A stretch of DNA of 56,317 bases, the filler included, from Catajapyx aquilonaris (lineage: Eukaryota), in the NCBI GenBank assembly GCA_000934665.2. It is 3 parts of 3 records of this genome, joined end to end, with 100 filler letters (N's around TTAATTAATTAA, not from the genome) between each part and the next. Parts side by side here need not be neighbours in the genome. Positions count along the whole stretch, not along the records: positions 18,903 to 37,606 come from JYFJ02006652.1; positions 37,707 to 56,317 come from JYFJ02006653.1; 1 more part is not named here. One strand, written 5' to 3'. The notes under the pieces were generated by a model that searched no databases, was not told where the DNA came from, and saw nothing but the letters and a program-made list of their open reading frames with translations. The translations under genes were made by a program, and so were the position numbers. Below are positions 36,138-48,539 of the stretch, one piece after another. How positions within the stretch are numbered: the stretch's first letter is position 1; every line of letters begins with the position of its first letter.

Positions 36138-37606
36138 TTATCTCAAACACTTAGAAAACATCTTGTGCTTCCTTCTCTTAAAAACCTCTGCAACAAACAA
36201 GACTAGACAGAGAAGGAGACCCACCAGCCAGATGTGAAATATTGCAGACAATTTGCGAACTGTCAGAACTTCTTCTGCGAGGACCTCTGCCTCTTTCTTC
36301 TCTTCTTCAGCTCGAATCACCTTCAGTTGGCGAAGGAATCTCATGTAACGATCGTCGGACAAGAACTTGCGGGTGATGTCCATCCAATCATTGGTCATAC
36401 GAAAGAAGTTCTGCAGTAGGTAGAACATAGGTGTGTCTCCTCGAGACACGGGTGCGGACACGTAAACTGGCAACAAACGATCTTCAAAGAACCTGACAGT
36501 CAGTTGGGCGGAGGTGTCCATGAAGCGATACAGTTCTTCCTGCTCTATTAAGACGTTGACGCCCATGCAGGCAACATATTTTGCAAGAGTTTTGTACAAG
36601 CAGCTTCGAAAGGTCTCAGCCACTCGAATTCTTTCCATCAATTCTTTTGCTACAACATTGTTAGAAACCTTTATATACTTGCTCATTAATATGTAATTGA
36701 ACATGTTTGTCTCTACACTCCAATCTGAATCATGCAATTCCTGAATATTGATTGGGACGAATTCCCTGGGAGGCCAAGTCAGGAAGGCCACGAGCTTGGC
36801 CTTGTACCCGGTCACCACCACCATCACGAAGGAGAGGAGGTAGAAGGAGGCCAGGACCAGGAACCGTCTGGTGCGAGGGAAGTGGATGGGCTGCTCCAGG
36901 AGGTGACGGAGGATGAGACCCATGGACTGGGGGAAGGTCAAAGGTCGGTGCAGATGTTGTTCGTCCAGTCCGGATCTCCACAGAGAGAGTCGGTTGACGG
37001 CCAGGCTGACCAGGACGAGTGTGACCAAGAAGCAGACCCAGAAGACCAGAATGTAGGGTCTGTATATGACCCGCCAGTTGATCACTCCCTCGGGGTGTCG
37101 GGTCAGGAAGGTCCCGTGTCCATAACCGAAAGGTGTCGGATTCAGCAGGTAAGGAAGTGTCTCCTCGGACAGGTACAAACCAGCTGCTAGGTCGGCTTTT
37201 CCAGAAAGAATGTCCCCCAGCAGACCTTCCCATGTTCCGTTTGGCAGCCTAATATCAAAGTCATCCTGTTGTAGATCTTTGACATAAAATTCCATCGTCA
37301 TGTTCAGATATTTCTCGAGGATCAGCATTGCGCGTGCGAAAGCATTCACTGCTATTTCTCCAGACTCCTTCCAGACCTTCCTTCCCTCTTCAAAGTGCAT
37401 GTCTAAGTAGCACCCTGCCCTGATCTTCTTCCCGTTCATGTGCTCGACTCTGCTCCTGAAGAGCCCCTTCAGCCCGTGACCCGCCTGACCCAGCTGGTAG
37501 TCCCCCAGAGGCCTGACCCGAGGCGTCCCCCCCTCCCCGCAGAAGAAGCAAGTGTCCTCCATCCTGAGCCTCCCTCCTTCCCCCTTGGGACTGGTGACCA
37601 CCTTCA
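36138..37606 (-). CDS. Divergent ionotropic receptor, paralog of 18903-20312, 5'-truncated at the contig edge
   Basis: 487-aa open frame collinear with the first copy: LPNGTWEGLLGDILSGKADL, VVVTGYKAKLVAFLTWP, LTVRKLSAIFHIWLVG. Confidence 0.85.
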
Positions 37607-37706
37607 NNNNNNNNNNNNNNNNNNNNNNNNNNNNNNNNNNNNNNNNNNNNTTAATTAATTAANNNNNNNNNNNNNNNNNNNNNNNNNNNNNNNNNNNNNN
37701 NNNNNN
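37607..37706. other. Artificial contig spacer
   Basis: 44 N + TTAATTAATTAA (37651-37662) + 44 N. Confidence 0.97.
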
Positions 37707-38370
37707 GCCACTTAGGTCACGAGTTATGCGGTTATGATTAGGTCCCGGACCATGTTGGTAACACCGCATAACTCCTCACCTAAGGAGCCGATCACGTGCC
37801 GCCATCTCTCAAATGGATCCTATAGACCTAGGGAACATGTCTGCCAAGTGGCACCTTCTCATCAAAAAGTGCCGAGTTAAAACGCTCAGTTCCCTGATCA
37901 GGTTGGCAACACCCCATAACTCGTGACCTAAGGGGCCGATCAGTTGCCTGCAACTCTGAAATTGCTCCTATAGGCCTAAGGAACATATGTACCAAGTGGC
38001 ACCTTCTTCTCCCAAAATGCAAAGTTAAAAATGGTTCAAAACGCTTAGGTCCCGGACCAGGTTGGCAACACCGCATAACTCCTGACCTACGGAGCCGATC
38101 AAGTGCCGCCATCTCTCAAACGACTCCTACAGACCTAGGGAACATATGTGCCAAGCGGTACCTTCTTATCACAAAATGCAACATTAAAAACGCTCAGGTC
38201 ATCCCCGGCCATGTTGGCAACACCGCATAACTCGTGACCTAAGGGGCCGATCAGTTGCCTGCAACTCTGGAATTGCTTCTATAGGCCTAAGGAACATATG
38301 TGCCAAGTGGCACCTTCTTATCACAAAATGCAAGGTTAGGCCTGATTTTTGCGCTTAGGGCCCGGACTAA
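37707..38370. repeat. Tandem array of ~150-160-bp units in alternating A/B variants
   Basis: GTTGG(C/T)AACACC(G/C)CATAACTC recurs at ~37753, 37901, 38061 and 38212. Units 1 and 3 share GGAGCCGATCA..GCCGCCATCTCTCAAA; units 2 and 4 share GGGGCCGATCAGTTGCCTGCAACTCTG. Confidence 0.88.
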
Positions 38371-38643
38371 TGCTATAGTTGTCATTCATGCAAGCCAACG
38401 ACAAAACTGAAAGGATCACTGCAGAACCATCAATCCCGGACCGTGCCGGAATTCTTGATGATCACAATTATTTATCAAATGATGCACCAATTGCAATTTA
38501 AATGTCCTCGGATGTAACATGCATAATATGTGTTGCAATGTCACTTAAGCTGAGTGGAAAAGAGAGATGTAATAAAGGTAATGTGAACACATTTGCGTTT
38601 CTTCGGAATCCCTTTTATTGTGTGGCAAAAACTATGGCTTGCA

Positions 38644-38710
38644 TGATTGATTGATTGATTAATGGTTTAATGGCGCAACAGCAGCAATGGCTATACTGCG
38701 CCAAGCACCT
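38644..38710 (-). mobile_element. 3' end of a non-LTR retroelement
   Basis: (TGAT)n tail next to TTTAATGGCGCAACAGC...GGCTATACTGCGCCA, a stem-loop-plus-microsatellite arrangement typical of LINE/SINE 3' ends. Confidence 0.4.
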
Positions 38711-39824
38711 GTGACGTTGGAGGGGAGGGGAGGCAAGGCCACCCCACCCCCAACGTTAACTGAACAAAATGTGGGTTTTTTTATTTTTTATTTTATTTTT
38801 TTTAAAAATGAGATAATTAATTAATTAATTATCTTGCATGTATTGCTATTATTTCTTATTTAGCTTTAATGTCATTTACGAAGAAAACACTCCTTCATAG
38901 AACGCGGATCAAACTAAATTGCATCAGAAAAATCATTGAAAGCTCTCTGCACCTTCGTACATCTGGAGGTCCACTCTATGAAACCCAGCATTGCGTCCCT
39001 GGACAACTCTCATATACCTACCACAGCAGAGACACAAATAAAGGCAACCAATCCAGGCATAACCATGGCAAGTCCTTAAGTACTGGTATGCTATTCGCGG
39101 ACAAGGAAAGGCACGAGCGATAATAATGAGTGAAAGACAAAACAGGATTGCACAACTGAGAATCCTCTTCCAGTCTAGAATCGTGAACTTATGGTCGTAT
39201 CACACGAATAGTTGACGCAAACACGTTTGAGTGACCAAAACTGATGCACGGACACATCTGATGAAAATGAAAGCCGCTAACTATGTGTGTGGCTATCACT
39301 GTGAGAACACACGTAAGTGATAGCCGTGCATGGCAACCTTTTTTCTTCACTAACAATTCTCTCTTAAGTTAAAAGTTGAGTTAATCAAATATATCAGTTT
39401 TAGTATTGTACAGTATTATACAATACCACTATTTTGTTATTGGTTTACTTATATTGTAACATTTCAGCAACATTTCTGTATGTAATCTCAACATTGCAGT
39501 CTGATTGTACTTCTCAAAATAATACCATATTTTGTGATTCAGCTTTCAATTTGCCAGATAATTATAATTTTGAGCAAGATACATTTTCTTAATCAAAAGA
39601 ATAACGTATAATTTACCTCACTATGAGTTGAGAATGGGCATAATTATGTAGATGATAAGAAATCACAACTTGTTTAAATTAATTTACACAAAAAATTGAT
39701 ATTAAACCCGGTTTAAACAAAGAAAAAGCGCGGGTTTCTTGGTTTCGAAAAGATTACGGTTTGTTAAAAACCCTGCGACGAAGAGACATCCAAAATAGGG
39801 CCAGATGCAACCATAAAATACTGA

Positions 39825-40378
39825 AACAGCAGGCCGAATAGATGTGTTCCGAGTCACAGATGAACCATCAAGTCATGGGCGCATTATAATATTAAAATAC
39901 CATCATGTCGGGTACAGTATATCTGAAAACTGTGAAATATTAATAAATGTGTGGCCTAAATATGGCCCATACACTCCCAGCTGCAAACCAGCTTGTGCAA
40001 CAGTGAGATAAAGCCCGTCGTGTCATTGGCTGGAAAATAAAGCAGAAGGAGGACAGGCCACGTTTAACTCACTGGCACCTTCTCAGAGCACAATTTATTA
40101 GGTATTAGTAAAACTGAAATAATACCTATGAATATTTCCATTGTTGCCTATAAGAATAGTAGGGTACATTAACGGAGAATAGTGTGTAATTAAACAATTT
40201 ACCTTTAAGACGAGTGCAACATTTGAACCCGATTTCATTTCACGTATCTAACGTCATTTATCACAAGAAGCTTTGTGATATGCAAAATACTTTTCCAAAA
40301 GTAAAATAATGTCACCAGAACTTGTTAATAGTGTCAGTTCGACAAACATGTGGCAGCTACAAAACGTAGTAGAATAGA
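39825..40378 (+). repeat. Diverged dispersed direct repeat, copy 1
   Basis: 39825-39970 resembles 43378-43540, and 40056-40378 resembles 44027-44375 (e.g. shared TAGTGTCAGTTCGACAAACATGT). Confidence 0.8.
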
Positions 40379-40475
40379 CTTCTATTGAGACGCATAACAT
40401 GAGCGAACATGCGACTAACATGAAAGAGAATTGTCTGCATTATATCTGCAGCAGCTTAGTATATGTATGTATATA

Positions 40476-41403
40476 ATGGTTGTTCTCATTGGTGAGGTGG
40501 GTGCAGATGAAGGAGGCCTCACCAAGGAGCTCTTCACGACCTTTTGGATGAAAGCATAGGCCGAGTACTTCGAGGGCCATGACGTGTGTGTGCCTTCACT
40601 TCCGCTCCATCGCGTGAGGTCAGACTGAATCATATGATCACTCTCGGCAGAGTCCTGTCTCACTCTGCAGTCCTGACAAGGACGCTGCCTCGATATCTGA
40701 GGGCAACCAGCATAATAGCTATGGTGTTTGGTGAGGCAGTGGACGAGAAAACCTTGATATGTGACTTCCTCTTGTTCTTGGCTCCAACGCAGCGCCAACT
40801 AGTCCGAAAAGCACTGCAAGATTATGGAAGCTTGACGGGGAAGGAAATGGAGAGGCTGCAAGACCTATTCCTGTTCCAGTTTTCATATCACTCTCTGCTC
40901 AATGCCCAAAAGTTCCGGGATCAGGTCATAGATATAGCCAATGACCAACTGGTGGAAAAGCCCCGGCGCTTTTATAGTCTCATGAAGAAGGGCCTCACCG
41001 ACTCTTATACGAGTGGGTTTTGGAGCCACCTCACAGTGGACCAGGTCATCACAGCCTGCAGGCGGTCCACAAGGCAACTCCAGAAAAAGTAGTGGAATGT
41101 TTGAAGGTATCAGGATCTATGACCCAGGAAGACGGGAGGGTGCTATACTTTTTGAAGGGGCTGGTGCTGGGGACGAGACCTGTGGGGCTCAGCAATTTGT
41201 GACTGGCTCGGTACACATGCCTCAGGAGATCTAAATCTGCTTCAACTCGCTGGTTGGGCTGGAGAGAACAGAGAAGGCCGATTGTACGCACATGCTCGAA
41301 AGTGCCGGAACTACCAGTGGCATATCACAACCTTCAAGATTTCACCAAGGAGTTGACTACCCTCCTGAAAGATGATATGTATTTAAGTTACACCATGGCA
41401 TGA
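40476..41403 (+). pseudogene. Intronless HECT-domain (G2E3-like) E3 ligase pseudogene
   Basis: IGEVGADEGGLTKELFTTFW (stop at 40557), LGRVLSH, FVTGS, and C-terminal RPIVRTCSKVPELPVAY carrying the catalytic Cys. Several stops and frameshifts. Confidence 0.75.
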
Positions 41404-43377
41404 ATGCAAGGGACGTTAATGACGGGGAGGGAGGGATATTATAAGCATCTTTCTGTGGCGTGACTTTGCATTAACTCCTACTAGTCCTCTAGGGAGGGAG
41501 GGAGGGAAGAAGGGAAGAAGGGAGTAAGAGTTTACGTCACTTCGTTTTATGATAATCTTTCAGAATAAAATTGTCTGCATTAAATCTGGAGCAGCTATAA
41601 TTTCATGCCAAATTCTGTCCATGACTCCATAAATTACATTACTTCACGTTTTAGAGTGAACCATCATAAACTGAAACACATGAACAATATCACATGCAAT
41701 CAATGGTAGAAATAATTGCAGGTTGAAACTCGTATCATCACTTCAACGTCACTTATGGTGCTTTAACACTCTCATAACGAACTATACCAATGCTCACTTG
41801 TAAAGCAGGCGAACCCAAGACGAACCGGTCCTGCAATTTGACTTGGATCAAGACATGCCATTAGTGTACGAAGTACTGTACAATGAAGTCTTACGACCTT
41901 TTTGAAACAAACAGCTGTTACCAACTATTAAGTGAAAAGACGTTTCATGTTCATCAAAAAGGTCAGTATGGAATGCAGTTCAGAATAACTGAAAGGACCA
42001 CTTCAAAGCTGTGAAAAATACAAATTCACAACAGGCCAGGAATACTCTTTTGAAATATATTATTAACTTTCACTTTTCCAGCAGAGCTGCTTAACAAAAT
42101 GGAGGACACACCATCTCATCGCCGGAGGGCAAAATATAGAACCAAGTCTCTATTGAGCAATTGGACGGATAGCTGTAGCTGCTTCCATAATTTCGACCAG
42201 TACCGCCAGAACACCTTGGGATACAATTAGTGATAATGATTCACTACATATGCGCCTTCATAATTTCAAGTCATTATATCCTACCATGACGTAAAGCTTC
42301 ATATCAGTTGAAGCAGATGCCAACAGAAATATATAATAGCTGAAAACCTTTTTTTTTTCAGTGTGATCAAAATTAATATAATTACAACTTTCAAAGACTG
42401 AAAAAAGTCGGGCGCGAAACCTGTGCAACTCACGATCAAATGTTGCACACCAGGCACCACGTTGCATCGCAATGATGCGATACTGCATAGCGCAACCTGT
42501 TCAGAATGAGCAACATCATTGTGGCGGATAGGCAAAGTAGAAAGGGGTCCAATGGATAGGTTGGATCCAAGGGGTCGTCAAATGACAAATGTTCACCACT
42601 GATGAAAACCAAGGAAGCGCCGCTCTAGGCATGAATTAATGGGAAACATTATGTTCCTTATAAAATCAGTTAGTTAAGGTAATGAAAAGACAGTAGACAC
42701 ACATGCCTTCTCAAAATAATATCCCCCTCAGCCCGCTTATTCCGATGCCATGCATTGGTAAGCATGCACACACCCTTCGTCCCAGCATCAATCGCTACCT
42801 GTAAACAGTGGCAAAGACAGAAAGAACGCTAAGCACTCTCCACATGCCGATGTCCGAACACGCCCAGTTGCCAGGTAACGCCAAAGTCGTTGTTTACACT
42901 TGTTATATGCTATTGTGTTTCACATGGTTGTGCACTACAATCCTGGTTGTTTTGAGTTTCACCACCTCAAAAAGTATAGCTGCCAGGCCGAGGTTGTACT
43001 ATCTTGTGTTTGCATCCAATTTACTCTTTTGTTCAGTTTTAAATGTGTTCTTACTACCTTAGACGATCTACCTAATGCAGGGGTGTATACACACAGTACT
43101 ATGTACGAAAGAGCAAGCCTCTACCACGTGAGCTTGAGCTCTCACGTCTCCACAAGCGTCCTTTTCCTATCAAAGCTTTGAAGATTCAAGATGCCATGAA
43201 ACTCGGTGATTTTCACAAGAATCAGGTCAACAAGGCCTTCCATTCAAGTCTTCAGCACTGCAAGAGCAGCTCCCCATTCTTCAGCCCAAATCTCCTGTTT
43301 AACCTTTCCTAATGCTTCCCATGCTCAGTTGTCTCTGCATTATACCCATCACACATTCTTAGCCAACCAAAGTATGA

Positions 43378-44375
43378 AATAGCAGGCCGGATGGATTTGT
43401 TGGGAGTCGCAACCAAATGGCCATGTTCATCAAGCCATCAGTGCATTTATAATATTACATCATCAGCATACCGTTAGGTCCGGTGTATGTGAAAACTGTT
43501 AAATATTAATAAGTTCAACGTGTGACCTAACTGTGGCCCAGACACAAACCGATTTGTGCAACTATGAGACACATCCCACACAAAGCAAAGGAAGACGAAC
43601 CCTGACGACGAACCCCGATGATGAAGATCGTCCCAGGACAGCAGCTTTTTTGGACTCAATTCTTGTAACTGCTCTATTCCGCGTTACGCCACCTTCATCA
43701 ACATTTGAGGACACCTGCTGCCTACAATGCTTAAGACCATAGGAGAGCAGACGCCTACAACTTTACCAGAATCTGGCATCCGCACATGGTCTGTGTACAC
43801 ATTAATAAATATGATATTTGCCTTACAAATGACACTTAGGAATGAGAGTAAGGCTGAAACATAGCAGTTTGGAACCGGCGTGAAAGCGCCAACACCGTGT
43901 CGCGTTGTGAATTTTTCAACATAAGTAACACTGACCTCGTTCATCATCAGAAGATCAAGGATTCAGGTGACCTTCAAAGAGAAGCGAGACGAACCGGCAC
44001 AAACATATTAAGAAAAACACATAATGGTCACGTCCAACTCACTGGGACCTTCTCAGAGCACATGTATGCCTGCGGTGCTACTCAGTTATCAGAATGTTAT
44101 TACATAGCAGAACTGAAATAATACATAGCAATATTTCCATTGTTACCTATAATAATACACACAGTACATAGAGTGTGTAATTAAACAATTACCACCTTTA
44201 TGACGAGTGCAACATGAACCCAATTTAATTTCACGTGTCTAACGTCATGTACCCCAAAAAGCTTTGTGATACGCAAAATGCAGCTTTGTCTTTTTCAAAG
44301 TAAAATAATGTCTCTAACTTCTTAATTAGTGTCAGTTCGACAAACATGTAGCAGCTAATAAACGTAGTAGAAGTA
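43378..44375 (+). repeat. Diverged dispersed direct repeat, copy 2 (with a longer unrelated middle segment)
   Basis: Matches 39825-40378 in two blocks. Confidence 0.75.
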
Positions 44376-44555
44376 TAGGGAAAAGACCAAACATGTCCAG
44401 GGGGAACAAGAGGGGCGGAAAGATGAGGAAGGGCCCGCTTGGATATGACGAACGGGATCCAGGCCTACACCCAATGCCAGACTCTGATCCGCAGCATAAC
44501 GACTCGGACGTAGAAGTAGACTGTGGGGCCTCTAACATGACTCCTGCCCCGGACG

Positions 44556-44722
44556 TCTAACAACACATACTTTGGGGGACATGCTTCAAAAAAGGTCTCG
44601 ACGACTGCTGGTACGTGGGGCATGGAGCTTAAATAATCAACAGGCACTGCAGCCTTCATTGATATTGTGCGTTTTGGATCACCTCCTGCAAGCTCCTTCA
44701 CAGCACTATTTTCATCTATTCC
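44556..44722 (+). repeat. ~165-bp near-identical direct duplicate of 46000-46165
   Basis: CTTTGGGGGACATGCTTCAAAA...GCAAGCTCCTTCACAGCACTATTTTCATCTATTCC is present at both sites. Confidence 0.9.
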
Positions 44723-44875
44723 TCCACTTGAGCAGGACCTACTAAACAAATACCACTCAGCTGTAGCATTTCGAGCATATTGGCGTCCTTATATATAATA
44801 TCTCCTCAGCCACACGACAACTAATGAACTAATCTTCTCAAGTCACAAGTTGAGGTACTAAATTCTGCGGACTTC

Positions 44876-44952
44876 TTGCAGAATTTGGTGCTGGTAGCAA
44901 AGTGGTGTTGCGACGGAAGCTCTGGTCATGCAGCCTACAAGCAAAAGTGGGC
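44876..44952 (+). pseudogene. Second Transib transposase remnant
   Basis: LVLVAKWCCDGSSGHAAYKQK matches the first catalytic Asp motif seen in the 138-606 fragment. Confidence 0.75.
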
Positions 44953-45667
44953 ATGGAAGCGACGAAGACTTGGTCACGCCCCACTCACACCCTTTTTACA
45001 GAACAAATCAGATGAGAGGGATGGATGTGCACCAAGCTCCACAAGCGTTGTACATACAAAATGGGTCGAATCATCGAAGAGGCGTAGGATGACCCTGCCA
45101 TAACAGCCCCAGACTGCAGAGGAGTTTGCAGCCAACTTCAATGTGCCAGATCAGCCTCATCATGGTTATCCGGTGGCGCACGTCACAACCAACTCTAAAT
45201 AGCAAGAGTCACTGACTCATGTTTAACAACAAAAAGGCCAGATGGCCAGATGTGAAAATAAATTGCTTGATGACAGATGATGAAAGCCATTTATAGTGAC
45301 GTCATACAGATTATTGTATCAGAAACTACTGCACCCATCGACTTCCCCATTTTCATGTTGTCATGTCATGTCATGTACTTTGCACAGCAGCTCTGCATCA
45401 AGATCCTGGGTAAGGCATCTCTCACCGGTGCGAAGGTATTCAGTAACAACCCACCGAACAAGCCGCAGCTTGACTTGATCATTGCTGAGTACCAAGCATA
45501 CAGGACTGATCCAACTGAGATGATGCAATGCAGCAACGATGCACGGCAATCCATCGTGAATTGCATTGATCTTGCCCCACATGTGTCTGAGTAATCAAAT
45601 CACTAACATGAAGACACAACTCATCTATTCATATATCCCAACCTTAGTTCTTAACGCCTGCTGGGCT

Positions 45668-45848
45668 GGTGTTAGTGAAAGTAAGTAATCTTATTGGTGT
45701 TATCGGGGGATGCTGGGGGAATGACATATCAGCCAACGAGATTGATCATCCTGCAGTCCGCTCAACAAAGGGGTCCGGACCTAATAAGACGGGCATTCTA
45801 CCACAAATCCTATGAACCTCTGCTCCCTATAGCTGAACTCCGGCCACA

Positions 45849-45902
<54 letters not shown>
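45668..45902 (+). mobile_element. Retroelement 3' end with (TAA)n tail; second copy at 49318-49510
   Basis: ~180-bp near-identical blocks ending CTCCCTATAGC..ACTCCGGCCACAGTAA; this copy continues into (AAT)n. Confidence 0.7.
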
Positions 45903-46355
45903 GAAATGTGTTGCATTCAGAACAAAACAGCATGGCTCCAAACATTATAAAAATAAATGTTCTCTTTATTTTCTCTGATGATGTACTTGACTGCTTGAGT
46001 CTAAGAACACATCCTTTGGGGGACATGCTTCAAAATAGGTCTTGACGACTGCTGGTACGTGGGGCATGGAGCTTAAATACTCAACAGGCACTGTAGCCTT
46101 CATTGATATTGTGCGTTTTGGATCCCCTCCTGCAAGCTCCTTCACAGCACTATTTTCATCTATTCCCCAAATTTCTCGCACAAAATAGTTTGGATAAAAG
46201 GCTCCTGCTATGATGAAAGGTAGTGTTATAAGAGATAATCAAGGAAGAGGTAGTCTACTAAATATTCTTCCAAAGTGCAACTGACCCAACATTCTACAAC
46301 ATTCAATATCAATATTATTGATTCTAAAATAATCATACTTTTTATCTTCTTCAAG

Positions 46356-46455
46356 GGTCAGGCACACCGAAGTGAGAAAACAGGAAAGCAGGTTCCAGAG
46401 CGAAGGCAAGGGGCTCATTGCAATTGCAGAAGAAAGTGCACTGAAAATGTCAAGA
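46356..46455 (+). pseudogene. Sola1-type transposase N-terminal remnant
   Basis: GQAHRSEKTGKQVPERRQGAHCNCRRKCTENV fits the GKxVPxRxxGxxCxCxxKC motif. Confidence 0.55.
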
Positions 46456-46916
46456 ATGCATCTTACAGTAATACTGTATCTAGCAACCAAATAATGGACT
46501 GGATCTAGACAAGCTCCAGTTTTTCATGCTGTGTAAATGTCATTTTTGCTTCTGAGCTGCTTATTTTTGTAATTACAGCAGTAGTAAATACTCATTTGCC
46601 TGACTACATGCTGTACATGCGAAAGGGAATGAGCATTGGCCTATAGTCTGAATGGAACAAGGATTATTCTGGTGTTCAAACATATAAATATGAATTTATC
46701 TGAATTTTTAATATTCACATAACTTGTTGTCATGTGTCTGTCATCCTGAAAAATAAGCATGCAGTTACGATTCACCTGCAGATAACGAAAATTGAGTTTT
46801 CTGACTCCCATAATGATCATTATTACCTTATTATTACAGTCATGTTGCATCCACTGAATTACAATTTTGAGGGTCTAAGTCTAAGGCAGGCTTCATACAT
46901 GCATCTTGCCTTCCTC

Positions 46917-46973
46917 TTACATTAAAAAATAGACAAGCAGTTTAATAAACTGCTTGTCTATTTTTTAATGTAA
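46917..46973. repeat. Perfect 28-bp-arm palindrome
   Basis: TTACATTAAAAAATAGACAAGCAGTTTA-A-TAAACTGCTTGTCTATTTTTTAATGTAA. Confidence 0.95.
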
Positions 46974-47327
46974 TTAAAGGGATAGAGGGAGCAAACAAGT
47001 AGTCTTAAGCCTTTTTAACAGATGTCATTTTAGTGTCCATTATATTGTTCCGATAAAGCTCAGGTAAGACTGACGTGCTCAGTGTGGTGTATCTTTGGTA
47101 TTGGTTCGCACCATGTAAATACAAAAGGGTAAAGGCTACATGCCAGCCTTATGCACCAAAAGGCCTGAGGATATTGGGTTTCGGGTAATTATAAATTTAT
47201 GAGACCTTATTGAACTAGAAGCGCCCAGGTAAATTATTTTTTCATCATAATACGTAGATGCAAATATCACCATGTGATCAGAACCCTTGCCCTTGCCCTC
47301 ACCCGCACCCTTTGCTTCTAATTGCAG

Positions 47328-47445
47328 TGAAGCACCGAAAAATGGGAGACAAGAGCAGCAATGGGTTCGACAAGGGTCGAGAGCCTGAGAAGATCCTGGG
47401 CGCCATAAACGCATCAGGCGGGACAATCACGTTCATGATAAAGTG
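47328..47445 (+). CDS. Isolated exon encoding the first half of an HP1-type chromo-shadow domain
   Basis: ttgcag acceptor and gttagt donor enclose NGFDKGREPEKILGAINASGGTITFMIKW, matching the HP1 pattern [27 protein letters not shown]. Confidence 0.75.
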
Positions 47446-47529
47446 GTTAGTCTGACACTATATATGCAGTTATTTCTTCTGCCCATGATTGTACTGCACA
47501 TTTTTATTACATATGCATTCTTTACTTTT

Positions 47530-47597
47530 TATCCTCCTGAGGCCTGATGTCCAATATATTGGACACAATATATTGGACATCAGGTCTCAGGAGGATA
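47530..47597. repeat. 68-bp hairpin, possible minimal MITE
   Basis: 32-bp arms TATCCTCCTGAG(G/A)CCTGATGTCCAATATATTG with one mismatch and a 4-nt loop. Confidence 0.85.
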
Positions 47598-48539
47598 TGC
47601 TATGCCTGAAATTCACAAGATTATTCTTTACACAATAATCGTTGACATATACGTGCAACTGTGTGTTCCGAGTCATTGCACTTTGTGAATGACATGAATG
47701 GGCCTGTTCATATAAAGTTACAGAAAAAAATTAATGAAACAACACGTAGGTGATTCAATTGACTGTAGCATGATCCACTTTATCACTTTACTTTATCTTA
47801 ATTTGTTTACTTTTACTAGGTTTTTTTTTTTAGAAATAGTAATGATCAACAAATATTGATACCGTTTATTTATGGCTGATTGATTATTATACCAGTATGT
47901 TTCTCCACAAATATTATTGTTATAGGATTTCAATGTGGGGTTATCTTCAATTACGGTGGGATCACATGACTATTTTTTGATAGTCAAAAAAGAAAGGCTA
48001 CTTTTTCAATTAATAAGTTATAATTACACAATTTGTTGATAAAAATTTTGTTTCACTGTGTTTCAAACCAATGCGATAATTTGATGATAGTGCTTATATA
48101 ATGGTGATTTGCAATGATAATATAAAATATTTCACTCTCTTGCGCAATTGTTTCTAAAATAATAAAGCATACATACATATTTATTTTTAGCGTAATGGAT
48201 GTCAAAAATCGACATGATCTCCATTGCAAAATGTTGGTCAATGCCTTCTTACCTATATGAGGTAAGGCAATAAAGTCAAAAAATCAGTGCTTTGGCAAGG
48301 AGCATTATCTGCATATTTGGTCATATATTTTGACCTCTGACCCATTAATCAGTAATCGAAGTGCACTGCAATGACCGGGATGTTGTAATGGTGGTAATAT
48401 GAAATCAAAAAGATTTCTCACTTTATTACCTGAAGTAGACAGAGACAAAAACCTTTCAAGTCGATTTTCTCGAAACTAGTATGATGTGGGTTAATGCCTT
48501 TTGCTAAACATGGGCCGAATTTGCACCGCCAGCGCCAGC

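Noticed and set aside
37707..38370. CRISPR array
   Set aside because: Whole ~155-bp units are homologous with no unique spacers, no cas genes are present, and the context is eukaryotic. The 22.8-23.8 kb repeat fails for the same reasons.
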